Notes under the pieces: model-generated | What the model was told of the DNA's origin: nothing | The model's database searches: none | The model's input: only the letters and a program-made list of their open reading frames with translations | Made by a program: the position numbers and the translations under genes | Shown: positions 34,783 to 46,621 of the stretch, piece after piece | How the letters are laid out: the number at the start of each line of letters is the position of its first letter | Numbering within the stretch: position 1 is the stretch's first letter | Assembly: GCA_964187785.1 (NCBI GenBank) | Contig: OZ076409.1 | Location: forward strand, 80,602,001-80,666,000 | From: Amphiscolops sp. MND2022 | Lineage: Eukaryota | Direction: 5' to 3' | Length of the DNA stretch: 64,000 nucleotides

Positions 34783-35930
34783 AACAAGACGGGAACGTCT
34801 AAAGACGGCGCTATATCTAAGGCTCAAAAAAGCGCTAAGTTTTTGCACATGACGAAGTCAATGTGCATTGCAGTCCAGCTAAGTAAGTTTTTTTTCCACA
34901 ATAGCCAACTTCATAATGAGCGCCTTTTAGACAAAAGCCAAAACCCCAGAGAGATTCGAACCTGCAGCCTCCCGATTGCACGGCATAAGCGTTGACCACT
35001 GTGCCATAGGGACGTTATTGAACAAAGTTGAAATGTTGAATATATACGCATGCGATTAAAATAATATATATACGCATATTAAAATAATCGATGCTTCGTC
35101 ATGTGTTGCGAAGCACCGCTTCGCCTCTGTGTTAAACTTGTGAAAGGGGGGACCCTTTCGACTTTTTGCACATGACGAAGTCAATGTGCATTGCAGTCTA
35201 GCTAAGCAAGTTTTTTTCCACTATAGTCAACTTCATGAGCGCCTTTTAGAAAAAAGCCAAAACCCCAGAGAGATTTGAACCTGCAGCCTCCCGATTGCAC
35301 GGCATAAGTGTTGACTACTGTGCCATAGGGACATTATTGAACAAAGTTGAACTGTTGAATATATACGGATGCGATTAAAATAATATATATACGCATATTA
35401 AAATAATCGATGTCTTCGTCATGTGTTGCGAAGCACCGCTTCGCCTCTGTGTTGAAAATCCAGTCTGTTGCAAAATATCAAAAAAAATTGAAAGGGACAT
35501 TGAAAAAATTCGGAAATTTTTTTGAAAAAACTTTCGAAAAAACAAAAAATTAGAATTTTGAAAGTCTCGCAGTGCCGAAAAACTAGAAAGGGGGGACCCT
35601 TTGGGCTTTTTGAAACTTCAGTTTGCTGCAAAATATCAAAAAACTTGAAGGGGGGACCGTTTGGCGACAAAAGAAAATTCGAAAAAAGTCGCACAGTGTC
35701 GAAAAAAATTCAAAGGGTAGTCCCGTCCGGTTTTGTATCTTACGTTAAAAATTGAGTACACGAAAGGGGGACCCTTTGCAGTAACTCAGATGTGAGTCCG
35801 CTTGCCGGTTCAGTACTTTTAGTAGTTCTGTAAAAAGTGTCCACTACGCATACATTCTGTGGTCTGACGAAAAAAAAAGTTTGCCACTGTAATAGTCGGG
35901 CTCATTTTGATAAAATGCGATGACTAAAAA
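34783..35930 (-). mobile_element. Family A repeat hosting two family B Helentron-like copies (34840-35133 and 35163-35453)
   Basis: Outer AACAAGACGGGAACG start and TAGTCGGGCTC...GACTAAAAA end. Inner copies have subTIR CACATGACGAAG/CTTCGTCATGTG, hairpin GCGAAGCACCGCTTCGC and terminus CTCTGTGTT, each starting in a T run. Confidence 0.75.
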
Positions 35931-37306
35931 CAGGATAGCCAAGCAAATAAAACTGCCAACATTATCGCTAGGTTTAATGACAAGAATGTTGCAAATTTCA
36001 CCAATGACTAGCATCAATTGAAACTTCACCAATGCCCTTTGTTCCAATAGAATGTTTTTCGATGAGATCTTCAATCGTTGCCCAGTAATGGTGACCATTT
36101 CACTACTAGGTGACTATTAGTACTTTGTGATGGTGCATGTCAACGATTCCAATGCCACATAGGCTCTGAAACGGTTGTCTTAACGCCACAAATGCTGGAA
36201 AATAGCTAAAAGTTCCGACCAAACAGCGCAAATTTCAGTATTGGCTTTTGCTATCGGCACTCAGAACGTCGCTTCTTACGTTGGATATTACGCCGCTTTC
36301 GCTTCGTTTGCGTTTTCTTTCAATTACCAGCGATCTAAAATAGTTCTTCAGGCTACTGAATCATTGATAATGTTCTTCCAATCAATTTCGTGAAGTTCAA
36401 AGTTTAGTTCGTTCTAGTTTATGAAGAATCACTTTTTTCACCAAGGATGCTGGCGACCAAACATTTCCAACTAATAGACAACTGAAACTCACGTCGCGGC
36501 GACATCCACAAAATCACCGAAACCACGCCGAAACAACTCTCGAAAAACTAGTCAACAAATTTGCTCAGCGCAAATCCCAACTGCGGTTTTTCCCATTTAA
36601 CTGCCGAAACATCGTCACGAAAAAGAATGTTGTTCAGAGGATGATCAATGACTATGAAGATAACTCAATGAACTGCTTCACCAAAAAATTACAAAATACA
36701 AAACTCTGGCACATGAAAACCAGCGGAAAAATAGGGCGATGGAGTATTCTTGAGTACCGAATTTTTCGAATCCAATAGAGCGCAAAAAATTCAAATCGTT
36801 CAAGTTCTAACATCATCGGAAGGTTTTGAATTTATTGCTTCATCAACAATATCGAAGTATATAAAAAGAAAAAGTTGAATTTTTTTCCCTCAAGGAACAA
36901 GTTTTCAGAGAATAATCAAAGGAAGTGTTTGGGGACGCTTTATTGCACAAAGTTTTCTATTTACATATTTGAAGTTCACCTGGGAAGATGCGCGCCACAG
37001 AAAATAATTGACCGCGAACAACCCAATTCCGCTCTTCGGTCGAAGTTTTTCGAACGCTTTGAAACTGGTTAGGGGCCCGTTTTGCTGAAATTCAAACAAT
37101 CGAATAGTACCGTGTAGAAATCGAAAAAAAGGCCAATGGGGCTTTTTTAATTTCCAGGACGTCTGTAAAAACATTGATACCTACTTAGTAATACCTAAAG
37201 TCTTTAAAATAATCAGATAACCAAGTATACCACCCTAAGGATGTTTTGACTTTCTCATGGATGATGCTATGACGATACGCGACGTACCAAGAAACTGAAC
37301 GAGATG

Positions 37307-37432
37307 AACAAGACGCCCGCTAACCACCGGGATATTTTCCGCTGAAATGTAACGCATCGTCACGGGATCGAACCCACGACCTCGTGTCTGCCAGGCAGAC
37401 GCAATATCAACTGTGCCATGGTGACTAGAATT
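37307..37432 (-). repeat. tRNA-derived repeat; inverted copy at 62035-62160
   Basis: Minus strand reads TGGCACAGTTG (A-box-like) ... GGGTTCGATCCC (B box) ... GCGGGCGTCTTGTT; a diverged copy lies on the + strand at 62035-62160. Confidence 0.6.
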
Positions 37433-38339
37433 AACTAAAAGGAGTAATAAAGTGGAGGTTTGGGAGAATTTGGAAAAAACGCAACAGAGATTATTGTTTT
37501 CCTCCCCATTATATGTGGGCGGAATATAATAAAAACGAGCCAAACGGAGAAAAATGAAAAAAAAAATCAATAACTGAAATAGTCTGCTCTGTTTTCCGCC
37601 AAGCGCGGACTAGAAGCAGAAAAAGGCATTCAATAATAAACCTAATCGAACTGATTGAAAAACATTGAACAATTTAAAAGTGAAAAGAAAGATTCTGTGT
37701 TTTACAGAACTCCAACATTGTAAAAAAAACAGTAATTTTCAGGAACTTGTTGCATTGACAAGCAGGCCATGGACAACTTTTGTTTTATCGGTCAGACATT
37801 GGCTCCCTTTCTAACATTGAATATTAAATTTTCACACAAATAACCTCCAATCAAATCAAAGTCTTTTCGTCTATCACTGTTATTTAGGTGGCAATTTTCA
37901 TGGGGTTCATTGATAGCAAATGCTGAAAAATTTGCAGATTTCGTTGGCTATGCAAGACAAAGTAGTTTTGGCTACTGAAAAAAAAACGTTTTTATCATGT
38001 TGACTTCTTTCACCAATTTAATCGAGGAGGAGAAGTTAGAAAAAACGAATATCATGAGACAAATATTAAAAATTATCATCTTTTGTTCAAACTAATCCAG
38101 ATGGAACAAAAGACGACCGTACTTACTTTTCGAGCTAGTACTTTTTTGCATTTATTTGAAGAACTCGCTTTCACCAACTTGCATGCTATCTTGCTGGATT
38201 AGATGTTTTAGGCACAAACACATAGACTAAACAGTTCTTTGTTTGTCACTGATGTGTATCGCGTTGATAAATTTTTATGTCTCTTCAATTGCTCTTGGAT
38301 CAAACTTATCAGGTAAGATGGCAAGAGGTTTAATTTAGC

Positions 38340-40560
38340 CAATCAATTATACGGTTTCATTAAAAATTTTGCTAAACTTGTTTCTTGGTTGCGGTTCGAG
38401 ATACAGGTGGTGCGAAAATTTGTTTTGGATTCCATCTTGTTCATGTTGGATATGGGAAATTTCTCAAAAGCTAGGAGTTTCAATGGAGAATCAGATCTCG
38501 CTTCTCCGAAGACTTCAGAAACCACTTCGTTTGTAAATAACTCGTAAACAGTAGATTTTGTTCACAGCAATTGTTTCTTGCAAGGAGTCTTGTCTTTTCC
38601 TGAAAAAAAGTAGCTCGTAAAATTCTTCTTTGCGCAGTCTCATTTTCGGATCGATTAGTTTTGGCAGCAGCTCCGTGAAGTAGTAAGCAGTAGGTTATAA
38701 CTGACTTAGCTTACTAGTCATAAAACAATACCAACCTTTTTGTTGGGTACAGATGCCTTACGTGGTGGAGTAAACCGCAGAATTTGAAAAATGCTTTCTC
38801 AACACGGTCTATATGGTCTGTGAAGGTCGGAGTTTGGTCAAGGTGAACACCTAAACGTTTACATCAGGGTATGTAATGTAACTGGTTGTCTTTGATATGA
38901 ACTTTATCAATACTCCTATATCTTGGCGGATAAGAGAATAAGTTCTCTGACCTGCTTTAATATATGTTGTGTCATCATCGAACATTCGTAATGAACTTTC
39001 GATGCAAGCATTGTCTAGGTCATTATTATACAGAAGAAAAAAGGCCTAGGCAACACCACATGAATTTCACCTACTTTTGATGTTTTTTTTGGGAGACTAA
39101 TTGTTTTGTTATCGGTTGATTAAGAAACCTACAACTAGGTTGAAAATCTTCCCTCTGAAATCATAAAATTCCAGTTTGCGTAACGAAACTGAATGATCAA
39201 TCGTTTCAAATGGTTTACACAAATCTATGAAGCAAGCTTGTCCTGTTTCTTTTTGTTTAATCAAATGAGTCTCTGATAAATTCAGGCATTTTTGCTATCG
39301 CGTGGATACAAAACTTTTTTTTAGTTTTAAGCTGTATTGATTTATTGACAGGATTTTACACTTTTCACTGAAACCTTAAACCTTTTTAAGGAGAACAAAT
39401 TCGAAAGTTTTGCTTGAATGGCTCATAAAACAGATAGGTTTATTGTTTCCTGGTTCTTTTTTATCACTATTCTTGTCGATGGGATTGACCTTTGATACTT
39501 TCAAGCATTCGGGAAAAAGTTCTGTTGTGCATTTCCTCACGGTTTTTCAAAGATAGCATTCAATGATGGGAAAAAAACATTTCAAAATTTCATTTGACAT
39601 TCCATCAGAACCCGAACTCTTCTTGTTTTTCATTTTTTGTAAGATCATCGAAATCTCTTGGTCATTGGTTTCGTTCAGAAGGATAGTCTCAGGTTGCATT
39701 TCATAAGGGAAAATTGAAGATGCTTGTTGTATTTTTGGACAATGCTTGTTGTATTTTTGGACAAAAGTGATCCAACGGCAAGAAAGTGGTATTTTAGAGT
39801 TTTAACACCAGGGAGACTATTTGTGTTTTGGGCATAAGTTTTTTTTTGTTATTAACGTTTTGTAGATTTGTTTGGGTGCGGGGTTTCCACCATTTTGGAA
39901 ATTGACGTTTTGTTTTTTTTTCTGATTAAATTGATAACATTAATACGTGAAGTTGTGTCTTTTTCGCGTGTTTCTGTGAGAATTTGAATCCAGTGTTTGA
40001 ACAAATGATTACTTTTCACAATTGCAATTATATTTTCGTTAGTGATCGTATTCTCCATGTCATGTTTCTTACCATTCTGAACACGCTTCTCGGTTGCAAA
40101 TTTATCGCCAGTTTCCAAGATCGTTTTAGCATTGCGTTCATGTATTCATTTGCATTCGTATCAATTCCGCATGCTGGGAGTTTTGTCTTATTTTTAATCC
40201 AGAAGAAGGAGAAAACCCAGTGCCTTTTCCCCTTTAGGGTTTTTCAAATGCCGAAATGTAGCACATGGTGGATCATGTTACTCGTTTGCCAAATTATGAG
40301 ACTCTTGAGCAGGAATCATGAAATGATCGCTTATCGTTGGTTGCAAAGTTTCAGTTTCAATTTTATTCGCTCCAATAAAATGATCGAAACAGGTTTTTGA
40401 CGTCGGTGTTACCTGTGTTGGCATGAGATTTCTTAATCCTAAATTGTAAGCACCAAAATGGTTTTGTAGCCTCGTTGAACTTTTCCGCCTTCTAGTGTGT
40501 CGACGCTGAACCTCCGAAAATCAAATTCGAGTCGTTTAGGCGACTGGACCTCGTAATTGT
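38340..40560 (-). pseudogene. Heavily decayed CR1/L2-like non-LTR retrotransposon ORF2 (APE end plus RT)
   Basis: Minus-strand motifs in the expected order: PTQVTPTSKTCFDHF (~40400), KNKKSSGSDG (~39610), PGNNKPICFMSHSSKTFE (~39430), FIDLCKPFETIDH (~39210), FLLYNNDL (~39025), MFDDDT (~38975). Many stops and frameshifts. Confidence 0.75.
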
Positions 40561-42199
40561 CTCTCAGCTCAACTCTACGGTGACATCGAAAGCAGTTGTT
40601 ATATAAAAGAGGTCAAATGGAGCTTCTTGAGTAGTTAGATTTTGCTTTCTTGGACTTTCAAGAAAAAAAAGAAGCTTTGAATAAAAACGTTTTTTGGAAC
40701 CACCTAGGAAACCAGTTCTAACGGAACCTATGTTTTTGAAGGTTGCCAACAACTTTATTACTGTATTTTAAACTGCCCGAAGAAAAAAATTGCGTCAACT
40801 AAAACATGTGAAGCTTTCAAGCTTTCGTTACGAACCAGTTCTATTTTGGAACGCGGCTAAAGCGTTATCGATCTCACGGCGACCTTTGTAATGTGAAGTA
40901 CAGTCCTGGAATGGAAGGATGGAACCCCATTTGATATTATTATTTAAAACAGTCCATTTTTCTTTTCACAACGGTCGCAAAAAATAATCAGGGAAGAAGT
41001 TTTCGGAAAATTTCATGAAACTTGTTCTCGTTTACATTCGTGTTCGTTTGAAATGAGAAACACTGCGGAAACTAGCTATTAGTACGTCTTTTTGTATTAT
41101 GATTAACAAAGAAATTGCTAAGATACGAAATTTTGCGTGAATTAGAAACAATTTTGAATGTTTTTTTATCGTCCGAGTCATCGCTGCCCACTAACCCGCA
41201 CTCTCGAACATTGCAGCCCCCATTGTTCACACATCCGAAGAGAATCTGCACTAAATTAAGTCCGGTACATGCATCAAGTTTGGTAATGATTTGGGACACA
41301 TTACTTGATATTTGTTTCACATGTAGACATTGGGAAATTCAAAACTTTTGAGTGCACTTAGTCAACGATGGGCATCCTGAGCAATATCAAAAAGTAACTG
41401 GAGACAAGCGTTTGCTCCTAATTCAAAATCTGGGACTGATTTTCCATTATTTTCCAAATTAAATATAATTATTTGCAAACATGCCTCATGATTGTGGTAA
41501 GATTTTCCAAAGAAGGGAAATGTGTGAACCATACAAAACTCTGAAAAAAAACTCTTGTGTTGGAATACATGAATTTTTTGAGAAACTTGCGAACTCCTAT
41601 GGAAGATAAACATTATAAAAGCTATTGGGCAAGAAAATCAATTTATCCGCGAAGTTCCTGTTTTTGCCGTGAGTGATTTTTAAGGACAAGTTTCGATCCA
41701 TATTTGAGTAAAGGAGGATGTTGCTGCGGCTGATTGGTTAATCAAGTTTATAAAACATCCAAACGCCATTTTCTCCAAAGTTAAACTGCGGCAAATTGCA
41801 CGTTAGACACTATATATTTTTTCTTGAAATATTTTTTATCGATTATCTGTAAGGCCAAAACTACTACCCGTCAAAAAGCATCAGCTTTCAAGAACCAACG
41901 TTTTCTTGAGTTTTAAGTGTTGTCTAATGGAGAGCTGTTTTGTATGGTGTGCTCCTGCAACGTTAACTGCGACAAAAGCTGGAATATATAGAGTCATCGG
42001 GCCACACAGTCTGATAAGAATAAGCTTCAAGTTGCCTCTGCTAACCGATCCGCGACGTTACAAGGCAACTTACTTTCGACAAATGACTTATTCAGAGGTA
42101 TTGTTATCGAATCGATGGTTGAAAAGAATGTGCCACTCTAGAAATTGCGCCACTCGAGCCTTCAGAAGTTCAAGCATTTTTTTCAACTACGGTTGTCCC

Positions 42200-43280
42200 T
42201 CAGTGTCATATGTGCCAAGCTGTCGAACAAACTGCGGACGACAAAGTAACCGACAATAATGCCAAAATTAGGGACTCATATTTCTACTTGGTATGTGAAG
42301 AGAACCCAGTTGGACGCACTAAGTTTGTTGCAATGGTCATTGGAAAAGAAGAAGAACCTGCGCAGGCATATGTGGCGGTGTGTAACAAGGTGAATACAAC
42401 CAATGCAGCGACCGTATTGCTCGTTATTCACGATTTAATGAAAACTTCTAAGCTTCCGAGGGACAAGAAGGACTGCAGCGTTTGTGAAGAGCTCTTGTCG
42501 CGAGCTCTATTGTTGTGAGATGCGATAAGCAAGTAATGTGGCTCATTTTCAGGTAAAATGGTTGCAGAGTCCGCGAAGCGAAATTAACCATATAACTGGC
42601 AGCATCCGAGATGAAAAGCAAAATGGGTCACCTTACTTGCTTGTCGCATCTCGTTCATAATTGCGCAGAGAAAGTGAGGCTTTCCTTCCCCAGGGTTGAT
42701 TCACTGATCGCAGCGCTTAAGGCAGCAACTCAGCAGAAGAGCACGCGACAAGAGCTCTTCACAAATGCTGGAGTCTCTGTCCCTAGCGGAAGCCCAGAAT
42801 TTTTGATGAAGTTCTCGATAATGAGCAATGCGGACGTTGCATTGGCTGCATTCACCTTCTTACAGGCCAACGCAAATATCTGCGCAGGTTATTCTTTTTT
42901 CCCAATGACGATTGCATCAAACTAAGTGCTTCTAACCTGGCTCTCGTCACATATCAAGTAAAAACATGAGTACCGATCTTGGCTTTAATATTGGTAAATT
43001 TGTCGTCCGCAAATTGTTTGACAGCTTGGCGCCCATATGAATCTGACGGAAAACCGTAGTTGCAAAAACACTTGAACTTTTGAAGTCTCGGGGGCGCAAT
43101 TTGTAGAGTGGTACATCTATTTCAATCATCACTTCGATAACAATCCATTCGAATAAATCTTTTGTCGATGATAAGTTGCCTTGTAACAGCGCGGATAGGT
43201 TAGCAGAAGCAACTTGAAGTATATTCTTGTGAGTTTGTGTCGCCCGAATATTCTCGCAGTCCAACGTTTCTCGCATTAAC
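42200..43280. pseudogene. Two inverted, diverged fragments of a hAT-like transposase
   Basis: + strand HLTCLSHLVHNCAEKVRLSFPRVDSLIA (CxxH motif). 42315-42430 aligns by eye with the reverse complement of 42815-42930. Confidence 0.55.
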
Positions 43281-44032
43281 AGTGTTAACTGCTACAGGCG
43301 CACGGCATAAAAAATAGCTCTCCGCTTGGCACCACTTGAATTTCTTGTAACGACCGGCTAGCGACGCACATCTAGGAAGAGGGACAATGCCATCTAGGAA
43401 TGCACATCTAAGAAGAGGGACAACAGGAGACCGTTGTCTTACTACATCCCTAGGCACTAGTTTTTGTTCCCAAAATGGTCTCCAAAGGAGACTTTTCTTT
43501 CGTCACAGGAGGCTCCTCTAGTTAGAGCTCCGAGGCGACGTTCCGGCACTCTCAAAGTCCGGACACGTCCCACAAGCCTGTAAAAACGAATCCTAAGGTT
43601 CCTAGCGTATTCCCGCGACTCCTACATACTTCCGAGGTCCAAAAGGGTATTTAGCTGAAATACATTATATTTCGGAAGCAAGAATTGAAATGAGGACCTA
43701 GAAGGTCAAACATTATCTAAATTCTCAACAAATAGTAATAAAACAAGGAGATAAGCCCCAATAACGTTACAGTTTAGGGTGATGATAGTTTCGGCTTCTG
43801 GGATGTTCCATCTTTGGGCATCTTCTCGGAGAGATGGCACATTCCCTCAGTTTTTGGGTGTTTTGCCATCATTTCATTCTTTCTTGCGTTCTTCTTCATC
43901 TTCGCTGACCTCCTTTTTCTCTTGTCGTTTTTTTTGCTCTGTCTCCGCGTGGGTTCTTTTTTTGTTCATTTTTCCGCACCTGCTAAGCATCTTTTTTGTA
44001 CATCTTTTTTGTACAATTTTGATATCGCACAC

Positions 44033-45390
44033 TGTCATACCGGTTGGTAAGAAGTACAACAACTGAGAGATGAATTCACCACCAATTACCCAAAACATTT
44101 CAACTATAAACATTTTAAAATACATGTAAACTCATATAATGGAAGACTGTACCATTCAGTCGCCACTCCAATTTCACTTGTGCTACGAAATACAAAATTG
44201 TGCTAAACAGCGACTGATAATACTAGTCGTCTCAACCACAAACCAAAACAGCTAAAACAGAAATCCCCAAGGTATTTTTGATGTCATACTTGATAAAATA
44301 CGAAATATGTTTCTCTTCACCTGGTTCACAGTAACGACTAAAACGTGCAGTTGACCTTAACAACCCTTTAGTGCAATACATTATTCATTCATGTAAATGA
44401 CTGGCATATCTAGTCGTAATTTAGCCAATATATACATGTAATTCTTCATATCCAAACCAGTGATAGTACGTACATTATCCATTTATGTAAACGACTGGCA
44501 TATCTAGTCGTATTTTAACTGATATGTACATGCAGTTCTTCATGCCCAAGTCATCGATAATCAAATTACTAGACCATCATTTAGTTCATATACAGTCATT
44601 TCAGTTAATCTTCAGTAAAAATTACCAACAACGACTTCGGATACTAGTCGTCAGTCGTGCTTAGTGCATTAAAATTGCTAATACTACCAGTAATCAAGAA
44701 CAGTAATTTTGCCCAACAGATCAATCATTAGTACGTGCTGTGATGTTGTAAGATCAATGGTACATGCTGGTGCGGCAAAGAAGCGAGAAAGCTACAATGG
44801 CAATTAGCGACGACTGGAGTGACCAGTCGTGTAATGTACCATGAAGAGATAACAGCAGGTTGATCAAAATAGTCGAGTGAAAGAGACGCAAAATAATCAA
44901 GTGCAATTAACAAGTAATTAAGAGTTTTAAGGTGCTATTACAATTTGAATATCCAGTCAGAAGAATATTGTTACCTTGAGATACAGACGTACTGTAAAGA
45001 GCACTTTGCGAAATTCAATTCATTAGCTACCCTTTTAAATTCAAACCATTTTCAAACTTCAACTTTTCAACAATGGTAAATACCCGACCGCGATTCAACA
45101 GGGAAAACAGAATTGAACAATCCGGAGTAGATAGATACTCTGACGAAGATGACGAGATGAGTGTAGCGGATCATTACACTGAAAATAATTTCGACAATGA
45201 TATTGAAAGTGACGTGAGATCCATGGAAAAGGATCAGGAGAAACACAGGATCGAGCAACGTTTCCTAGAAATGAACCGTCAAATCGGGAACTTACAAGTA
45301 TTGTGAGAGCCCTTACTGATAAAATAACCAACAGTAGGGAAGAGAACGGCAGAGACGTACTAAATTCAGTGACGTCCACACGTTCTGACA
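44033..45390 (+). repeat. 5' LTR (1358 bp)
   Basis: Direct repeat of 58647-60005 with scattered substitutions; TG...CA ends. Confidence 0.95.
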
Positions 45391-46621
45391 TGGTGACAGG
45401 AGTCTCGGCAAACCTACCATCTACACCCAACGCTCAATCACCAAGAAGGACTCCACATTCACTACATGATCCACACATGGGAGACGTCATGTCCGAAATA
45501 CAGCACCTCAGAACAACAATAACCAATGGAGTGATCCAGCCCAAAATCCTCCAAACACAGGTCCCTCTATTCCGCGGGAACCGCGAGAAGTATAATGAAG
45601 TTGAACATTTACTCAAAAACCATCTCCGGTCCCACATGCACAAACTGACAGAAGAGCAAAAATTAAACTACTTCCAAAGCCTCCTCAGGGATGACGCCAT
45701 CGACTTTTGGCAAACCCTGAAAATCACAACTGGAACGACACTCACCGAAATTCTCCAGGCGTTCAGCAAGGAATATGACAAAGAAGACCTAAAAGAAGTA
45801 TCGAAGTACAAATTCGATCAAATGAGGTACGACCCAACAACGGAGTCGTTTGCCATTTTCCTCACGAAATTCAAAAAACTGGCAAAACAGGCGTCTGGTG
45901 AAAAAGCCAACGACATAGCAGAAACATTCCTGTTTGCCAAATTGCCCATCCAAATACAAAATGAGTTGGCAATGGCAGGGAAACATGATGCAACCAGCGA
46001 AGAGATTAAGACTTTTGTCCAAAGACGTTGCCAATACGCACAACTGCTACCTAGCACTTCAGGGATGCAACCGCTAAACAACCTCCAGAATTACCCCGTA
46101 AAACATCAAACCAACCAACAAACAGCTACTACCAGTAACACGGGGAAACCAAACGCAAACAAAGAAGTCAAATGAAAATTCGAAGGCAACTGTAGATACT
46201 GTAACATTGTCGGTCACAAATGGATTGACTGCCGAAAGCGTCTCAGAGGCGAAGCTAACGGAATCAACACAAAAACCTATAACGCCCTCAACAAGACAAC
46301 AACAACCAGCAGCCCCAGATCAACAAACCTCGATACAACTCAAAGCTAGTGTGCCAAATCTGTGGCAAAGTTGGACACTCTGCACGAGACTGCAGAAACC
46401 GAGTCCCAGGCGCCTCAGCGTACTAGAATCCACCTTACCAGAAACAGTCTACAACGGACAATTGTGAGTTCCGACGAGATTTCAGACAATCCCAAAATGC
46501 ACGACAACCACAATACCAAGTATCACAAGTAACAAGCGAGACCACCCAAACCGACGGACACAACGACTGCTATGACGAAGACTACAGTAAAGAATTCAAC
46601 GAGAATTCAAAAAACTTGTAA
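45073..46621 (+). pseudogene. gag: gag (starts inside the 5' LTR; two CCHC knuckles; disrupted)
   Basis: ATG at 45073; 1-nt frameshift near 45288 relative to the 3' LTR copy; capsid-like region in ORF 45303-46175; premature TGA at 46173; knuckles CRYCNIVGHKWIDC (46191) and CQICGKVGHSARDC (~46352); ends SKNL-TAA. Confidence 0.85.
45391..45403 (+). promoter_or_regulatory. Primer-binding site (tRNA-Leu-like)
   Basis: TGGTGACAGGAGT directly after the 5' LTR resembles the complement of tRNA-Leu 3' ends (TGGTGTCAGGAGT). The tRNA identity is inferred. Confidence 0.65.

Noticed and set aside
41070..41700. Minus-strand PDFELGA motif as a MULE remnant; similar weak hints at 36050-36700 and 63300-63800
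   Set aside because: Single short motifs only; too weak to call without a profile search.
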